The notes beneath the pieces were generated by a model. That model searched no databases and was not told where the DNA came from. It saw only the letters and a program-made list of their open reading frames with translations. 64,000 nucleotides of DNA, taken from contig CM035359.1 in assembly GCA_020137815.1 (NCBI GenBank), forward strand, positions 1,674,001-1,738,000, written 5' to 3'. Shown here piece after piece: positions 61,520-64,000 of this stretch; position 1 is the first letter of the stretch, and each line of letters begins with the position of its first letter. Made by a program: the position numbers and the translations under genes. The DNA is from Hormiphora californensis. Its lineage: Eukaryota; Animalia; Ctenophora.

Positions 61520-62075
61520 GATTTGCGATCGGTACGATCGCCCCAGTTTTGCTAGTTAAAGCTAATGGAAAAAACCATTCTCACTTATCTCCAAGACGAA
61601 AGAAACATCAATTCAAAACTATTCAAAAACTAGCAATATGGATTCAAAAGCGGCAGACTAGTCGACGATAACAGCAACCAATCATCTCTCAAACACAATA
61701 GAAGATGCTATTATTGCTATTATATTATATGGCGAAAATCAACTCGCGTTTGCCTCTTGGGGCCTTTCTGGATGTCGAAGGAGCCTTCGACCGGGTTCAT
61801 TTCCATGCCCTCGAAAAGACTACTAGACTAGACGAATCAGACATACCCGAAGTCATCTAGGTAATTGGATATCAACTTGCCCTCGAAACAGATAAATTGT
61901 ATTTTATGTTAGATACATTATCCTCACTCACGGAGGAGAACGAATCACATGGAAAATTGAGCGAAGAGTCCTTCAAGGAGGCATTCTCTCACGATGGGCC
62001 TTCGAATTCTCTTTCAAACGATTATACCAAAACGATTTCAGGGACCGAGGATATTCGTCAATTATGATAATGGTA
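61520..62075 (+). mobile_element. Highly decayed LINE RT fragment
   Basis: AFLDVEGAFDRV at 61762-61797 and QGGILS at about 61975, many indels. Confidence 0.65.
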
Positions 62076-62098
62076 TGGGCCGTGCTTGTATTGAGAAT

Positions 62099-62669
62099 GG
62101 TGGGCGGACTCTAGTGCTAACGGACTCTTTATCTAAATTCAAGGCGGACTCTATATCTAAAAGCGGACTCTTTATCTACAGTTAGACTTTGAAAAATTTA
62201 GATAAAGAGTCCGCCCAGTGTAGACTTTTTAGATATAGAGTCCGCACTGTGTAGACTTTTTAGACATAGAGTCCCCTGGTACAATTGGCGCCAAAACCCC
62301 CAACCGGACTCTATGTCTAAAATCCTAACCAGCCAAAACCTAACCCTAACCATAACCCTAACCCTAACTCGAACCCAAATAATGGCCCTAACACTTCTCA
62401 ATTAGTATAGAGGTACAGCAAACTCTCGTTTCCGGCCTAACGGCCGAAATCTCGAGTTCGCTGAGAATGGCGACTCTATGTCTAATTTAGATTTATGTAG
62501 TAGAATAGAGTCCGCTCTTGTAGACTTTTTAGATAAAGAGTCCGCCATGTTTAGACTTTTTAGAGATAGAGTCCTCCAGAGTTTAGACTTATTGGACTCT
62601 TTATCTAAATCTAAATTTAGATATAGAGTCCACTGTAGACTTAGAGTGTAGCACTAGAGTCCGCACACC
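62099..62669. mobile_element. Non-autonomous MULE-type MITE, 9-bp TSD ATTGAGAAT, with (CCCTAA)n-like core
   Basis: ggtgggcggactctagtgcta...tagcactagagtccgcacacc; TSD at 62090-62098 and 62670-62678. Confidence 0.9.
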
Positions 62670-63077
62670 ATTGAGAATACGGTATCGGTTCGACACGGTG
62701 TCAGTTCAATACTGTAAAACGACGGGCAAGCTGGGCCAATCAGGGCGTTATTACGTGCTGACAAAATGTACTTTCAACAGATTGTTGACAAAGCCATTAC
62801 CGTATCCACCGTATTACCGTATCTTCACTACTGTTACACTACTGTTACGTGGTGCTTGTAGTGGGAATACGGTATCTGAATAATACATTATCTGACCTTT
62901 ACGTTTCTGAATTACATATAATATATATTTGAAATAGGAGCAGCGGCAAAGCCCCTGGTTAGGTGGGGGTCTCCGGTCTAGGGGGCAAAGCCGCCCGAAA
63001 ATTGAGACTTTTTAACCGATTTTCACTCATTTTAGGCATTTAAAAGTCAATCTTGAGAGAAATAAATTGACTCTATT

Positions 63078-63336
63078 TACGTCCGATTTTTTGAAACTGT
63101 CGCACCCCTTTTCACACGCGGCGTCGTATTTGCGCGTGATAGCCCCCACTTGCTCTCACTTTTCAGCAAAAAACCGCATATCATCGGAAAGGGCATAATT
63201 TTGTGAGTCCGTAAAACTTTGGTTTGACGAAATTGGTCAAGAAACAAAGGCGTGAGAGCGAAAACAAGTTTCCGACGTGCAAATAATAACTCGCGCGCCA
63301 CCAGGGGGGCAACAGTTTCAAAAAATCCGACTTTAT
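63078..63336. mobile_element. MITE with about 30-bp imperfect terminal repeats
   Basis: gtccgattttttgaaactgtcgcacccc versus gggggcaacagtttcaaaaaatccgac. Confidence 0.75.
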
Positions 63337-63343
63337 ACATATA

Positions 63344-63750
63344 CAGTCGGACCCCGATTTAACGGCACCCTCGGGGGAAAGGGGGTTGTCCGTTAAATCG
63401 GGGTGTCCGTTAAATCGGGGTATAGCATATTTGGCCCATAAAACCCTATTTTTGTCCAAAAATATTACTAAAACACCTCTAAGTGTTAAATGCAATATCC
63501 ATGTATTGATTACATGATCATTTCTGATTAAAAAATAATTTCAAAATAAGTTATAACAATTTTCTAAGGTACTACAGTCGGGCCCCGATTTACCGGGATC
63601 CTCGGGGGAAGTCATTTTGCCCGGTAAATCGGTGTGCCCAGTATTATATCGGGGTGGTAGAGCATATTTGACCCATAAATCCTACTTATGTCCAAAATTC
63701 TATACCAAGACACCTCTAACTGTATAGTATACATTTATTGATGACAATAT
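63344..63750 (+). mobile_element. Two tandem left-end fragments of the pogo-family element
   Basis: TA-cagtcggaccccg at about 63344 and TA-cagtcgggccccg at about 63574; both resemble 37895-38065. Confidence 0.75.
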
Positions 63751-64000
63751 GATCATTCAATGATGATTCATTGCTTCTGTCATGTTCGCAAAAGGCAAGC
63801 TTCCCCTCGTCCGACCCGAAGGGAATTCTAGTAACAAATCTAAATTGTACGAGTTAGTGGTGTGCTATGGCATAAATTTATGCTTTCATGTGGATTGTAG
63901 CTACAAATTCTACAACGTGAACGGTTTTTACCAGGAAAAGAACCCAAATTTGAGATTTGATCATATATGATACTATTGTCCTAAGGGTAAATTCTCCTAA

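Overview
Repeat-dense eukaryotic (animal) genomic DNA. The MITE families (TA-CAGTCGGACCCCGATTTA..., CAGGAACCGACC...) and one secreted-protein domain resemble sequences I recall from the ctenophore Pleurobrachia; this is recollection, not a search result. Host content: (1) a multi-exon GCK-I MAP4K gene (kinase, Pro-rich linker, CNH domain) on the minus strand from 18858 off the left edge, whose introns carry a CR1/L2-group LINE and a Mutator element with an intact transposase; (2) two paralogous secreted-protein genes (about 34.5-37.6 kb and 60.1-61.2 kb) in a segmental duplication, one with and one precisely lacking an F5/8C (discoidin-like) domain; (3) an isolated two-exon ATP-citrate lyase fragment; (4) a degraded multi-exon gene remnant. 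Other mobile DNA: an RTEX-like LINE, an RTE LINE that bridges a near-perfect 1.57-kb inverted duplication, a Gypsy (Mag-like) remnant, DINE-1-like Helentron elements, and many MITEs whose target-site duplications (TSDs) can be checked against empty sites in the window. Stretches at about 1.3-3.1 kb, 14.1-16.0 kb and 59.3-59.4 kb are homopolymer-corrupted low-quality sequence, so their ORFs are artefacts. All alignments and coordinates were done by eye.
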